Origin: Candidatus Krumholzibacteriia bacterium | GTDB lineage: Bacteria > Krumholzibacteriota > Krumholzibacteriia > Krumholzibacteriales > Krumholzibacteriaceae | Reading direction: 5' to 3' | NCBI GenBank assembly: GCA_963836185.1 | Contig: CAWIIQ010000001.1 | Coordinates: 448,001-512,000 of the forward strand | Length of the DNA: 64,000 nucleotides | Part shown: one piece after another, positions 22,601 to 32,900 of the stretch | Layout of the letters: the number at the start of each line of letters is the position of its first letter | How positions within the stretch are numbered: position 1 is the stretch's first letter | Program-made: the position numbers and the translations under genes | Notes under the pieces: generated by a model | What the model saw: only the letters and a program-made list of their open reading frames with translations | What the model was told of the DNA's origin: nothing | Databases searched by the model: none

Positions 22601-25600
22601 TATAAAGCTGTCCAGCAAGCTGAATCCGATCGATCCCGAATACGACGACCGGTTCGGTATATCTCTCGGGGTCGGCAGGGGTGTAGCGGTCGTAGGAGCA
22701 TACCGGGACAAGAACGGTGGAATAAACACGGGATCAGCTTTCCTGTACGAACGTGATCCGGACGAAACCTGGTCGTTTAAGCAGAAGTTCACGCCTGGAG
22801 ATGGTGCGGCGGGTGATGAATTCGGCGTATCTGTCGCGGTCAGCGAGGGCCTGGTAATGGCCGGTGCACGCAGTAATAACTCAGGGACCGGAGCTGTTTA
22901 CGTGTTTGAGAGAGAACCGGATGGCAGCTGGTCAGCTCTGGGGCCGAAGTTAGTGGCATCAGATCCAGCCACGTCGGATATGTTCGGTGTTTCCGTTTCG
23001 ATAAGCGGTGACCTTGCGGTTATCGGTGCAAATGGTAAGAACAGTGTGACGGGTGCGGCCTACGTGTTCAAGCGAGGGACAGACGGCAGCTGGACCTTCG
23101 AAGATAAGCTGATTGCGGATCCCCCCGGCGCCGATGGAGATGCTTTCGGTTATTCCGTCTCAATAGACGGTGAAACAGCCATAATCGGGGCTTCCGGGAA
23201 AGAAAGCAGCAGGGGGGCGGCATACGTTTTCCAACGCGAGAATGACAGCTGGATACAGGTGCAGATGCTCACTGCCGACGATGGATCAGATTCAGATAAA
23301 TTTGGTGAAAAGGTGGATATCAGCGGGGATCTGGCGGTAGTCGGGGCATACGGTGATGATAATGCTCAGGGCGCGGTTTATGTATTTGAACGCCAGACTG
23401 ACAGCACATGGGTGCAGAAACAGAAACTCGTTTCGAGCGATGGTAGAATTGGAGATGAATTCGGCAGATCAGTAGAGTTGAGAGAGAGAGTAGCGATCAT
23501 CGGAGCACAACACGATGACGATGATGGAATGATATCATCCGGATCTGCTTATTTATTCGAGCGCAGTGATGATGGTCAATGGCTGCAGAAACAGAAGATA
23601 ACCGCGAGTGATCCTAAAAATTCTAACGTCTTCGGTCGTGCTGTAGCTATAGGCGTTGACGCTGTATTGATAGGAGCTTGGGGCTACGACGAGGGTGCCC
23701 TATATAATTCGGGAGCGGCTTATCTGCTCGAAACACCCAGTCCTCCCGAGGATGTGTCGGCATCTGATGGTGTGTTTGACAGCAAGGTCCGGATCACGTG
23801 GCGCGATGTATCGTCGATCGAGGACGGATACCACATATACAGGGATGGAGAACCTGTCGCTGATGTCCCGGCGAGTATCGAGGTGTTCGAGGATTATGAT
23901 GCCGAACCGGGAAGAACCCACGAATACAGTGTCGCCTCTTTCAGGAGTGAGAGCGAAGCATCGTTCTCTCTCGACAGGATTTCCGATTATGGCTGGCGTC
24001 CGCCCAACGGGAATATAACGGGCCGTATCTCGTCCCTTGGCGGGGGCGCGAGTGAAAACATCTTCGTAAAGCTTGATCCACCACCGACCAGGTCACTTCT
24101 CTTCGATGGAGCTGGAGGTCATACGCGTGCGGCTGATCTGGAGGGCGATTTTGATTTCACTACAGGAGATGCTTATACCGTCGAGGCCTGGTTCAGGTAC
24201 ACGGGCAGCGGTGGATCGGGAGAGAAGGATGGAACGCTGATCGCCAAGGTGACACCCAGAGTAAGCGGCCCCAAACAATATCCCTTCTGGTTGAGTAATA
24301 TGAGGGCCGAGGGAGATCCCGGCCGCCTGAGCTTTTCCATGAGCGACGGTGTAAAGACGGTCGGTGTCAGCAGCATCAGCGCCGATCTCAACGACAACAC
24401 ATGGCACCACGTAGCCTGTGTGCATGACGCGGCAGATGATGAACTGCGTATCTATATTGACGGAGCACTTGAAAACGCAACTCCGTACACGGGCTTTGAA
24501 GACATCAGGAATCCGGACAGCCTGACGTTCGGAGCTGGCGCCACAAGCGGTTCCTGGTTCGGGGGCCAGCTCGACGAGATTCGAATCTGGGACGTAGAGC
24601 GTGATTCCCTGCAGATCAGCGAAACGATGTACAGCCAGCTTTCTGGAGATGAGGTCGGACTCGTAGCCTATTGGCCGCTTGATGAAAGCCGTAGCGAGGT
24701 CATGACCGATCCGAACTCCGCGGGACACTACGGTGTGTTTTACGGCGGCGTCTACTGGAGCAATAACAGTGCGCCCCTGAATATCTACACATCGACAGGG
24801 GAATCCGGATCCTACGTTCTTGATGATATCCATTACGGAAGTGAGACCACGTTCAAGGTCCGACCGTTCGAAGGCAATCGCCAGTTCGATCCACCCTTCT
24901 CCCTGATCACGCTTAGTGTAGACCAGCCCGTGCAGAACCAGGTCAATTTCTCGGATATCTCTTCCTATACGCTCTCCGGAGTGGTCGTTTTCGAAGGTAC
25001 GGAATGTCCCGTCATGAACGCCCCGATATATGTCGATGGCTATCTGAAAGGGTCGACCGACAAGAACGGCAAATTCGCGGTTTCCGTCGACAACGGGTGG
25101 CACTCGGTCAAACCCGTCCTGGAGGGGCACACGTTCGAGCCGGACAGCGTCACTGTCGAAGCGCTCGGCGACCTGGTACTGCCTTCCTTCGACGACATGA
25201 CGACCAGGACTCTCTCGGGTAACGTGGGAGGAGGCTGTGGCAGGCGGATAGGAGACGTGGTCATCACCGTACAGAGCGAGAACGGCTGCCTTGTGCGATC
25301 GACAACTGCCGATTCAGCTTACTCGATAATCCTTCCGCCGCAGAGATACCTCGTAAGCGCCGCTGTGGTCGAGTCGAGTATTCCAGACGGCCTTATTAAA
25401 TCGGATGTTATCAGGTTCTTCCAGGAACTTGGTCAGCGCGAAGCCGCCCTGGACAGCTTCGATGTAGTCATGGATATGACATACCGGGCGCCGCTGAAGA
25501 TAGATATAGAGGGGTTCGAGGCATATGTAGCGGAATGTCCGGATCTTACGTTCGAGGGACGGATGCTTCCAGAGAACCTCCCGGTGGTCCCCCAGCTCGA

Positions 25601-28600
25601 AGTGCTCTATCTTGTTATCAACGTCAATGAAGATTACGGCAGCGAAGGACTTTGCCCGCTGGACAGCGGACTGGTTGTTATCTATGACGAGATCTTCGAC
25701 CGAGAAGGTACACCGATCGAGGTCGAGGTCAAGGATGGTCAGGCTGAATATACGACCTTTGCGAGTACTCCGAGCCTGGTAATAGGACGAACTGATTCAG
25801 AAGGCAACGACAGATCCTTCCAGAAGGCCATCCGGGCGATGGCTGTCATCGAGGGACGATCTCCAGTGACAGCGGAAGAATGGGTGCTCGTGACCGGGCA
25901 TGTGGCAGAGGAAGGGGCGGATTTCATCACGGCAACATCGCAACTTCCGCTCTATATATTACGCGATCCCCCGGGAGACAGGTCCTACTCCTTTCTGGAT
26001 GAGGAATTTTCGATCCGATTTAATACTGATTATGACGATTATCTTCTCCAGGGTGAGACTGGCATAAGATTGAGGACCGAGTGGGGAGTGAAGGGGGGAT
26101 TCTTTATCGGATTTGGTGCCGGCACAATAGGAGAATACGCATATATGGCGAAAACAGAAACAGAATTCCTGTTCGGGGCACTGACCAACTTTGAGAAGAG
26201 AACGGATGTGACGCTGGTTACAAAGAAACGGCTTGCTACTTCATCTTACGATCTATTCGTAGGAGAACAGTCTGACGTATTCGTCGGGGCTGGCGTGAAC
26301 TATATATTCTCCGACGTGGAGTATGTAGATGTTACTGATGACTGTGAGGTGATAAGGACCTCAGGTGTGGGATTCGAGCCCGATTCGATCAATACATTGT
26401 ATGCTTACACGCAGCGCTATATTGAAGACGTGCTTATTCCGGAATTCCAGGCCAAGGCAGATTATTACGTCTTGTCCAATCCGGACAGCGCGAGTCTATT
26501 TCGTGCCAGGCGCGATTACTGGCAATACCTCGTGCAATTCAACAAGGATATAAAGCGAGAGGCTGTCTTTAAAGAGAACCGTTCGTTCAGCGGGGGAACT
26601 GAGTACAGCTTTGTATCAGAGTATGATACGACGACATCCAGAACGTGGAAGCAATCTTTTATATCGGATGCATACACTGACTTTCTCGGATTTGGATTTG
26701 GAGGCGGGTTTGGAGGATTTGACATAAGCTTTCCTGTTAAATTTCACGCAGAGAAGAACACTGACTTTACTGACACGACGACAGGTGACATAAGGAGATC
26801 AGGTTACGTCATCAACGACGATAATATCGGAGATCATTTCACGGTTGATATCAAGCGTGATTCCATATATTCATCGACCGTCTTCGATGTTCTTGCCGGA
26901 GCATCCTCCTGCCCCTACGAGGCATGGCCCGATACGACCGGTGAGGCAAGAGTGATGTCGAGAGACAAGCCGGTGCTCTTCATAGATCCGCCGCAGGGGA
27001 GATACGATGTCCCGCCGGACGAATCTGCCAGTTTTACATTAACACTTGCCAACCTCAGCCCGACTGATGAGGCGAGGAGGTACGTCCTGCGAGAGATTGC
27101 TTCCTCGAATCCATATGGCGCCCAGATCCGGGCGAACGGTGTCTTCATCAACGATGATCTCGTGTATTACCCGGACCCCGGCCAATCCCTGGAGATAACC
27201 GTCACGGTAGACCGCGGACCGGCGCACTACACCTACGATGACCTTGGCCTGATGGTCTATCCGCTGTGCGAGTGGTGGGTTTTCGAGGATGGCGGACCCC
27301 TCAATCTGGCAGACACGGTCTATTTCGACGTGACCTTCGAGGCGCCGTGCAGCGATATCACACTTTACAGGCCCGAGTCGGGATGGCTGATAAGTGAGGT
27401 CGATTCGACCGTCGATCTGATCCTCAACGATTACGAGCTGGAAGTAGGCGACAAGGTCCTTCAGGCGGTCGGCTGCGAATACAGGCGGCTGGGTGAGGGG
27501 AGCGTCGGGCCGACGGATTGGGACACGATGTTTGTCGCATTACCTGATTCGATTCTGGAGATGTACTATTCCTGGCAGCCCGATGCCGGGCTTCCCGACG
27601 GCGTGTACGAGCTGCGGGCCTTCACAAGCTGCGCTGGCGGGTCTAACTACTCCGGGATTGTGACGGGTACGATAGACCGTCATGGTCCGGTTGTTTTGGG
27701 GACACCGGAACCTTCGGACGAGATTCTCTCATTCGGAGAGGATATCTCTATTACTTTCAATGAACCGGTCAGCTGCGAATCGATTCCCGACAGCTGCGTG
27801 ACGCTGAAATGGCTGGACGGACCGAACTCAGAATCCGAGGTCAGCAGCGGGACGGTATGTGACGGAACGACGATCGTCATAGTACCGACGGCGTATGCGG
27901 CCCTGCTCGAAGGAAGACGCCTCGAAGCAAGTGTGAGCGGAATCCGCGACATTGTCGGCAATGTGATGCAGGGAGCTGCCGTCTGGACGTTTGAGTATCG
28001 CAAGAGCCGTTTTGCCTGGAGCGACGGAGACCCGGAAGTGGAAGTGCCGTACAGAGATCCTGGCTCGGTGACGGCGGAGCTGGTCAACGGCACGGAGTTG
28101 TCCATCGATTTCACCGTCATCCAGACACCGGCGTGGATCGAATATTCGATTCCTTCGGCGGGAACGATCGACCCGGGTGAAACAGCCCTGATCACCTTCG
28201 ATATACTGGGGACGATCGAAATCGGATCTTACGCTGACAGCATTTTCGTCGAGGGCATATCGGATGGAGATACATCGCTTGCCGGGATGCTCCTGACTCT
28301 GGACGTCTCCTGCTTATCGCCCCAGTGGACAGTAAGGCCAGGCGATTATGAGTATACGATGACGATGGTCGCCGAGCTCGACATCGGCGGCACCGCCTCC
28401 GACGACACGAACGACATGGTGTCGGCATGGGTGGGAAACCAGCTGCGGGGGGTCACTGAAGTGCAGAGCGTTTCGGGGCTGCCATCCACGCATCTCGCGT
28501 TTATAACGATCTACGGAAACCGGACCCAGGGGGAGACAGTCAGGTTCCAGGTCTGGGACGATGATGACTGCCTTCTCTACAACGCTACTCTCGAAAGTCA

Positions 28601-29918
28601 TCCGTTTGCAGCAAACGACCAGATCGGAAACCCGCAGTCACCGGTCACCCTGACCGCTGCGGATGCTCCCGATGCTGGAGACGGCCTGCTGGCGATCGAT
28701 CTGGATGCAGGCTGGAACTGGATATCGACTAACATCCTGTCTCCCGACATGAGTGTGGACGGAGTCACAGCCGATCTGCTTCCCGCACCGGGGGACATCG
28801 TCAAGTCCCAGTCCGATTTTACTCAGTTCGTCAGCGATTCGACCGGGTGGATACCGACAATGGTGCTCGATAATGTATCGAGCTACCTCGTCCGGTTGTC
28901 GAATGCAGGTACGATCTACCACAGCGGCACGCTCGTCCCGGTCGATTCGGTGATACCCGTGGGACAGGGGTGGAACTGGATAGGCTACCTGCCGGACGGC
29001 CCTATTGAGGTGACCGAGGCGCTGGACGGCCTGGATACAGGAGGCATCGTCAGCACAGACGACATCATCAAGAGCCAGGACGGGTTCGCCCAGTACTACG
29101 GGGGCGAATGGTACGGCAGCCTCGATTCGATGAGAGCGGGAGAGGGTTACAAGCTTTATCTCGCCGCTGCCGGGGAGCACACGTTCAATTATCCGGCTTA
29201 CTCAGCCGGTTCATCCCCGCCGGTATTGGCTGCCATGGAAACGGTGAATCGTGTTCAGGCAGACAGCGCGCCGGCCTGGTCGGTGAATCCCCGCAACTAC
29301 CAGTTCAATATGACGGTGACTTCCGTGCTTAACGTAGAAGGCGCCGAGTCCGTCGATAACGGTGATATCGTTGGCGCGTTTGCTGGCGGCGAATGCCGGG
29401 GGGCGGCGAGTCCGGTATACGTGGAAGGACTGAGGAGATATGTCATTTTCCTTATGATTCACAGCAACGAGGCGCAGGGGGAGGAGGTGACATTCCGTGC
29501 GTTCGACGCCGACGCGGCCCTGGTCTACGACATCGACGAATCGATCGTTTGCATGGCGGACGCCGTTGAAGGCACGGTAATGGAGCCGCTTGTCCTTAAT
29601 GCCGGGCATGTCAACGAGGAGGAATCAGATATGCCCTCGGCGTTCAGCCTCTCGCAGAATTATCCAAACCCGTTTAATCCGGCTACGGAGATCCATTACG
29701 ATGTTCCCGCCGGCGGGGGTCACGTTTCGATCCGGATATATGATGTCGGAGGAAGACTTGTACGGGTACTGGTCGACACGACCGAGACTGCCGGAAGGAA
29801 ATCGGTCGAGTGGCACGGGCTGGACAACCGGGGGAACAGCGTCGCGACAGGCGTTTACTTTTACCGTATGACGGCACCGGGGTTCGAGAGGACCCGCAAA
29901 ATGGTGCTCTTGAAGTAA
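19683..29918 (+). CDS. Giant secreted multidomain protein 2 (3,411 aa; partial FG-GAP, FN3 array, FG-GAP propeller, LamG, twin beta-hairpin module, Ig domains, CTD)
   Basis: Uninterrupted 10.2-kb ORF with signal peptide. Repeated 'PxxVxAxDGxyxDRvxIxW' FN3 units; 'FGxSVSISGDxAvvGA' FG-GAP repeats; LamG 'WHHVACVHD...GQLDEIRIW'; 'QNYPNPFNP...RKMVLLK' CTD. Confidence 0.9.
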   Translation: MSVLFPLLPGHIKCYAASLIGGRFSSTGEGRNVPKRIIAAAALLLIASLCVVQPASSQNINGTSPDKGTRFQYSVRTDGDFAVVGAQWHDGFKGAAYVLRREGGEWVVEQKLSPGDLGRYDHFGSSLAISGDFIVVGASWHDMLRGAVYVFRRVDGEWIEQQKLTAAGAAPEERFGETVSIDGDVLNIVSAEGSGSSFTRSGDRWEESGNAAEPVMSDGARQTDRSPQDDAVISSLVDSGLPAMDSEPPPLPAAPEPVGTVTVTDGTLEGRVEVRWESAGLDDIVYKVLRDGQLLSIVASDRELYIDTTSDLNTVYSYCVVVKDMADEESTPVCDDGHRIIFPPTTVAATDGEFTDRTTVSWVDISKIEEGYYVYRDGEKIDSTEAGGSWIYDTTGIPGSVYDYEVRAFTEGAQSAGVTDTGWRGSVLPPLDVSATDGEYIDRVAITWTDQADDETGYRIYRDSVLFDSTGVGDTLLVVDSTVVFGTTHEYCVATIGAGYIESVHVCDEGGTGLTPPGNVSASDSTYDDRIRITWDDLDLNEDGYEITRALGPDTTVLDTTRASVETYDDYTAIPDTTYTYFVRAVSDLGGVSTVVSDEGFMSIVLAPVNVEATDGEFEDHVDITWESSSKTAVLFKIYRGSLFIKSLSVGNSTYSDYGGTAGQVYDYSVVAATALEAEAAGMPDAGSRELGVPSSVTVSDEEYEDRIVISWTDNSDLEHGYAVTRRDTSAAVDDTMFVIGPNRTSMTDYNAIPGITYDYSVSAFDSVSGEIGYSDPVGDLGLRVLLAPTNVRAGDAEYESKVEIFWEDNSGAEDGYRIYRDDVLIGETADNFNSYIDTSPDLGVVHEYSIAAYDSVYPSAMGESEKDFDTGSTTILAPVSFNASDVYEDRIELAWVDVSGVETGFVILRDEGPSTEPDSIAVTGSNVTAYTDYPPEQGVTYRYCIKSVRDSSMSSDEICDEGSLAAPIPATSIKLSSKLNPIDPEYDDRFGISLGVGRGVAVVGAYRDKNGGINTGSAFLYERDPDETWSFKQKFTPGDGAAGDEFGVSVAVSEGLVMAGARSNNSGTGAVYVFEREPDGSWSALGPKLVASDPATSDMFGVSVSISGDLAVIGANGKNSVTGAAYVFKRGTDGSWTFEDKLIADPPGADGDAFGYSVSIDGETAIIGASGKESSRGAAYVFQRENDSWIQVQMLTADDGSDSDKFGEKVDISGDLAVVGAYGDDNAQGAVYVFERQTDSTWVQKQKLVSSDGRIGDEFGRSVELRERVAIIGAQHDDDDGMISSGSAYLFERSDDGQWLQKQKITASDPKNSNVFGRAVAIGVDAVLIGAWGYDEGALYNSGAAYLLETPSPPEDVSASDGVFDSKVRITWRDVSSIEDGYHIYRDGEPVADVPASIEVFEDYDAEPGRTHEYSVASFRSESEASFSLDRISDYGWRPPNGNITGRISSLGGGASENIFVKLDPPPTRSLLFDGAGGHTRAADLEGDFDFTTGDAYTVEAWFRYTGSGGSGEKDGTLIAKVTPRVSGPKQYPFWLSNMRAEGDPGRLSFSMSDGVKTVGVSSISADLNDNTWHHVACVHDAADDELRIYIDGALENATPYTGFEDIRNPDSLTFGAGATSGSWFGGQLDEIRIWDVERDSLQISETMYSQLSGDEVGLVAYWPLDESRSEVMTDPNSAGHYGVFYGGVYWSNNSAPLNIYTSTGESGSYVLDDIHYGSETTFKVRPFEGNRQFDPPFSLITLSVDQPVQNQVNFSDISSYTLSGVVVFEGTECPVMNAPIYVDGYLKGSTDKNGKFAVSVDNGWHSVKPVLEGHTFEPDSVTVEALGDLVLPSFDDMTTRTLSGNVGGGCGRRIGDVVITVQSENGCLVRSTTADSAYSIILPPQRYLVSAAVVESSIPDGLIKSDVIRFFQELGQREAALDSFDVVMDMTYRAPLKIDIEGFEAYVAECPDLTFEGRMLPENLPVVPQLEVLYLVINVNEDYGSEGLCPLDSGLVVIYDEIFDREGTPIEVEVKDGQAEYTTFASTPSLVIGRTDSEGNDRSFQKAIRAMAVIEGRSPVTAEEWVLVTGHVAEEGADFITATSQLPLYILRDPPGDRSYSFLDEEFSIRFNTDYDDYLLQGETGIRLRTEWGVKGGFFIGFGAGTIGEYAYMAKTETEFLFGALTNFEKRTDVTLVTKKRLATSSYDLFVGEQSDVFVGAGVNYIFSDVEYVDVTDDCEVIRTSGVGFEPDSINTLYAYTQRYIEDVLIPEFQAKADYYVLSNPDSASLFRARRDYWQYLVQFNKDIKREAVFKENRSFSGGTEYSFVSEYDTTTSRTWKQSFISDAYTDFLGFGFGGGFGGFDISFPVKFHAEKNTDFTDTTTGDIRRSGYVINDDNIGDHFTVDIKRDSIYSSTVFDVLAGASSCPYEAWPDTTGEARVMSRDKPVLFIDPPQGRYDVPPDESASFTLTLANLSPTDEARRYVLREIASSNPYGAQIRANGVFINDDLVYYPDPGQSLEITVTVDRGPAHYTYDDLGLMVYPLCEWWVFEDGGPLNLADTVYFDVTFEAPCSDITLYRPESGWLISEVDSTVDLILNDYELEVGDKVLQAVGCEYRRLGEGSVGPTDWDTMFVALPDSILEMYYSWQPDAGLPDGVYELRAFTSCAGGSNYSGIVTGTIDRHGPVVLGTPEPSDEILSFGEDISITFNEPVSCESIPDSCVTLKWLDGPNSESEVSSGTVCDGTTIVIVPTAYAALLEGRRLEASVSGIRDIVGNVMQGAAVWTFEYRKSRFAWSDGDPEVEVPYRDPGSVTAELVNGTELSIDFTVIQTPAWIEYSIPSAGTIDPGETALITFDILGTIEIGSYADSIFVEGISDGDTSLAGMLLTLDVSCLSPQWTVRPGDYEYTMTMVAELDIGGTASDDTNDMVSAWVGNQLRGVTEVQSVSGLPSTHLAFITIYGNRTQGETVRFQVWDDDDCLLYNATLESHPFAANDQIGNPQSPVTLTAADAPDAGDGLLAIDLDAGWNWISTNILSPDMSVDGVTADLLPAPGDIVKSQSDFTQFVSDSTGWIPTMVLDNVSSYLVRLSNAGTIYHSGTLVPVDSVIPVGQGWNWIGYLPDGPIEVTEALDGLDTGGIVSTDDIIKSQDGFAQYYGGEWYGSLDSMRAGEGYKLYLAAAGEHTFNYPAYSAGSSPPVLAAMETVNRVQADSAPAWSVNPRNYQFNMTVTSVLNVEGAESVDNGDIVGAFAGGECRGAASPVYVEGLRRYVIFLMIHSNEAQGEEVTFRAFDADAALVYDIDESIVCMADAVEGTVMEPLVLNAGHVNEEESDMPSAFSLSQNYPNPFNPATEIHYDVPAGGGHVSIRIYDVGGRLVRVLVDTTETAGRKSVEWHGLDNRGNSVATGVYFYRMTAPGFERTRKMVLLK

Positions 29919-29928
29919 CAGGAGGTGG

Positions 29929-32900
29929 ATGATGTCAACGAAAAGAAAATATGCAGTCAGCAGTAACCGTCGTCCATTCGTGCCTGGCACTTCGGCGAGA
30001 CGACTTATTTCCGGTTTAGATCTTCCAGGAAGAGGATCGATGATGATCAAGCATTCCAATAAGATGCTAGCCTTGTTTCTTGCGGCGGTGTTATTCATGA
30101 TCGTGTTTTCAACCGCGCATGCCGGCATCATATATGTCGATGCGGGCGCCTTACCCGGAGGCGACGGCACGACGTGGATCACGGCATATGACAACCTTAA
30201 TGTGGCTCTTGCAGGAGCCTCGACCGGCGATTCGATCTGGGTGGCGGAAGGCACTTACTATCCCCATGCGAGCGACAGGGATGTGAGTTTCACTCTCGCC
30301 ACGGGTGTTGCTCTTTTCGGGGGCTTTGCCGGCGGTGAGACGAGCGTTGCCGAGCGCGACTGGATGACGAATGTGACGATCCTCAGCGGCGACATCGGCC
30401 TCGGCGATGACGACAGCGACAACAGCTACCACGTCGTCACCGGCATCGACGCCGATTCTACGGCCGTGCTCGACGGATTCACGATCACTCTTGGAAATGC
30501 TGACGGCGCAGAACCAGATAATCTGGGTGGGGGGATCTACCTCTCGGGAGGCAATCCGGTTCTCACCAATCTGATCGTGACGGAAAATTCAGCGAGCAGC
30601 TACGGCGGAGGGCTGTATTGCTACGACATCCTCGCCACGATATCTAACGCGGTATTTTCCGATAATTCGGCGGATGTTGGCGGTGGTGGGATGTCTATCA
30701 ACGAAAGCGCGCCGACAATAGTCAACTCGATATTCATCGGGAATTCATGCGCAGGCCGCTGGAGCGGAGGCGGGGGGCTAGGCAGCAACTTATCTACCAC
30801 GACCCTGATCAACGTCACCATGGTAAATAACGACGCTGGAACCGGGTACGGGGGGGCAATGTCCGGCTATATAGCTACACCCAGGTTGATCAATGTGATT
30901 ATCTGGGGAAACACGGCGGAAAACTCCTACAATCCCCAGATCTGGAACAACACCAGCACCCCGGAGATATCATACTCCCTCATAGAGGGATGTGGCGGCA
31001 GCGGAGGAAGCTGGGACGGTACTTACGGCCTGGACTTGGGCAACAATATTGACGAGGCCCCGCTGTTTTTAGATGAAATCAGCGGTGACCTGAGGCTGAA
31101 AGCCGTCTCTCCGGCCGTAAACTCGGGAAACGATGCAGTTCCCGGACTGCCCGCGGTGGACTTTAATGGCGATCCACGCATAGCCGGGACCACAGTCGAC
31201 AGGGGAGCGTACGAGAGGCAGTGTCCTGCCGGGGCGATCGTTTATGTCGATAAAGACGCGGCAGGCCTTAACGACGGCTCGTCCTGGACCGATGCATTCA
31301 CCGACCTGCAGGAGGCACTCGAGTGGGCGACTTGCGCCGGCGTGGACGAGATCTGGGTCGCGGATGGAACCTATCTGCCCACCGGGGGCTCCGACCGCTC
31401 CGTCTCATTCCAGCTCGTAAACGGCGTCACTCTGTACGGAGGATTCTCGGGCATGGAGACGAGTGCGGCCGACCGGGATTCACTCGGCGGCGGAACGATA
31501 CTCAGCGGAGACATTGGCCAGCCGGGCTTCGACGAGGACAACAGCTATCATGTCGTTGTCGGCAGCGGGACAGATTCGACGGCCGTGCTCAACGGGTTCA
31601 CGGTCACAGCGGGATACGCTGACGGAAGCGATACCGATGGGTATCGGCGCCGGTATGATCAATTCTTACGGCAGCCCCACTATCGCCAACGTGATATTCG
31701 CGGATAATTTCGCCGGCGTTATCGGCGGCGGTATGTACAACGACAACAGCAGCCCGAAGATCATCAACGCACTGTTCACCGGGAATCATGCCGATTACTG
31801 GGGCGGAGGCGGGTTGTTCAACGACTTCAACAGCAGTCCGTTAATTGTAAATACTGTATTCACGGAGAATACGGTCAGTTACTGGAATGGCGGAGGGGGA
31901 GCGGTTTCAAATTCACACGGCTCCACTCCTACGCTGGTCAACGTAACCATATTCAACAACCATGCTTATGATAGCCACGGCGGTGCCATTAACAACTATC
32001 AGAGCAATCCCAGGCTGATCAACGTGATCATCTGGGGAAACACGGCCGACAGAGGAGACAATCCACAGATCTGGAACAATACCAGCTATCCTGTGATATC
32101 ATTTTGTCTCATAGAAGGATGTGGAGGCAGCGGAGGAAGCTGGGACGGTACCTTTGGCCTGGACTCAGGCAACAATATTGACGAGGAACCGCTGTTTTTT
32201 GATGGAATGAGCGGTGACCTGAGGCTGTTTCCCCACTCGCCGGCAGTCGATGCGGGTGCGACAGATTCAATCCCTGCGAATATCGAAAACGATCTCGGCG
32301 GCAATCAGAGAATTGTAAACGATGTCGTTGATATCGGCGCGTACGAGTCGCAGGCCACCTGCCCGCCCGGATCTGTCCTTTACGTCGACGTCGACGCTTC
32401 GGGCGAGAATTCAGGCGCTTCCTGGTCCGACGCTTTTACTGAGCTTCAGTTCGCACTCGACTGGGCGTGGATATGCCCTGGCGTGACGCAGATCTGGGTC
32501 GCCGATGGATTCTATACGCCCGAAACAGACACCATCGTCACCGACCGGAGCGAGACATTCCAGCTTCTCGACGGGATCGCGGTCTACGGTGGATTCGCGG
32601 GGACCGAGACCGACCTCTCCGAGCGGGACTGGGTGGTGAACCCTACCGTTCTGAGCGGCGATATAGGAGCTCCCGGCGACAGCACGGACAACTGTTATCA
32701 CGTGGTCACAGCAAGCGGCACGGACGCGACAGCGGTTCTGGACGGCTTCACTATCACCGGGGGGAACGCCAACGCAAGTGTGACGGCCCTGGCGATGGTT
32801 CAGAGCGAAACCTTCGAGAATGAAGAAATGGAAAGGGATGTGAAGCCAACCCTCTCTGGCACTTCCGTCTCGGGTTCCAGGATCATCACGGCGTGGATCG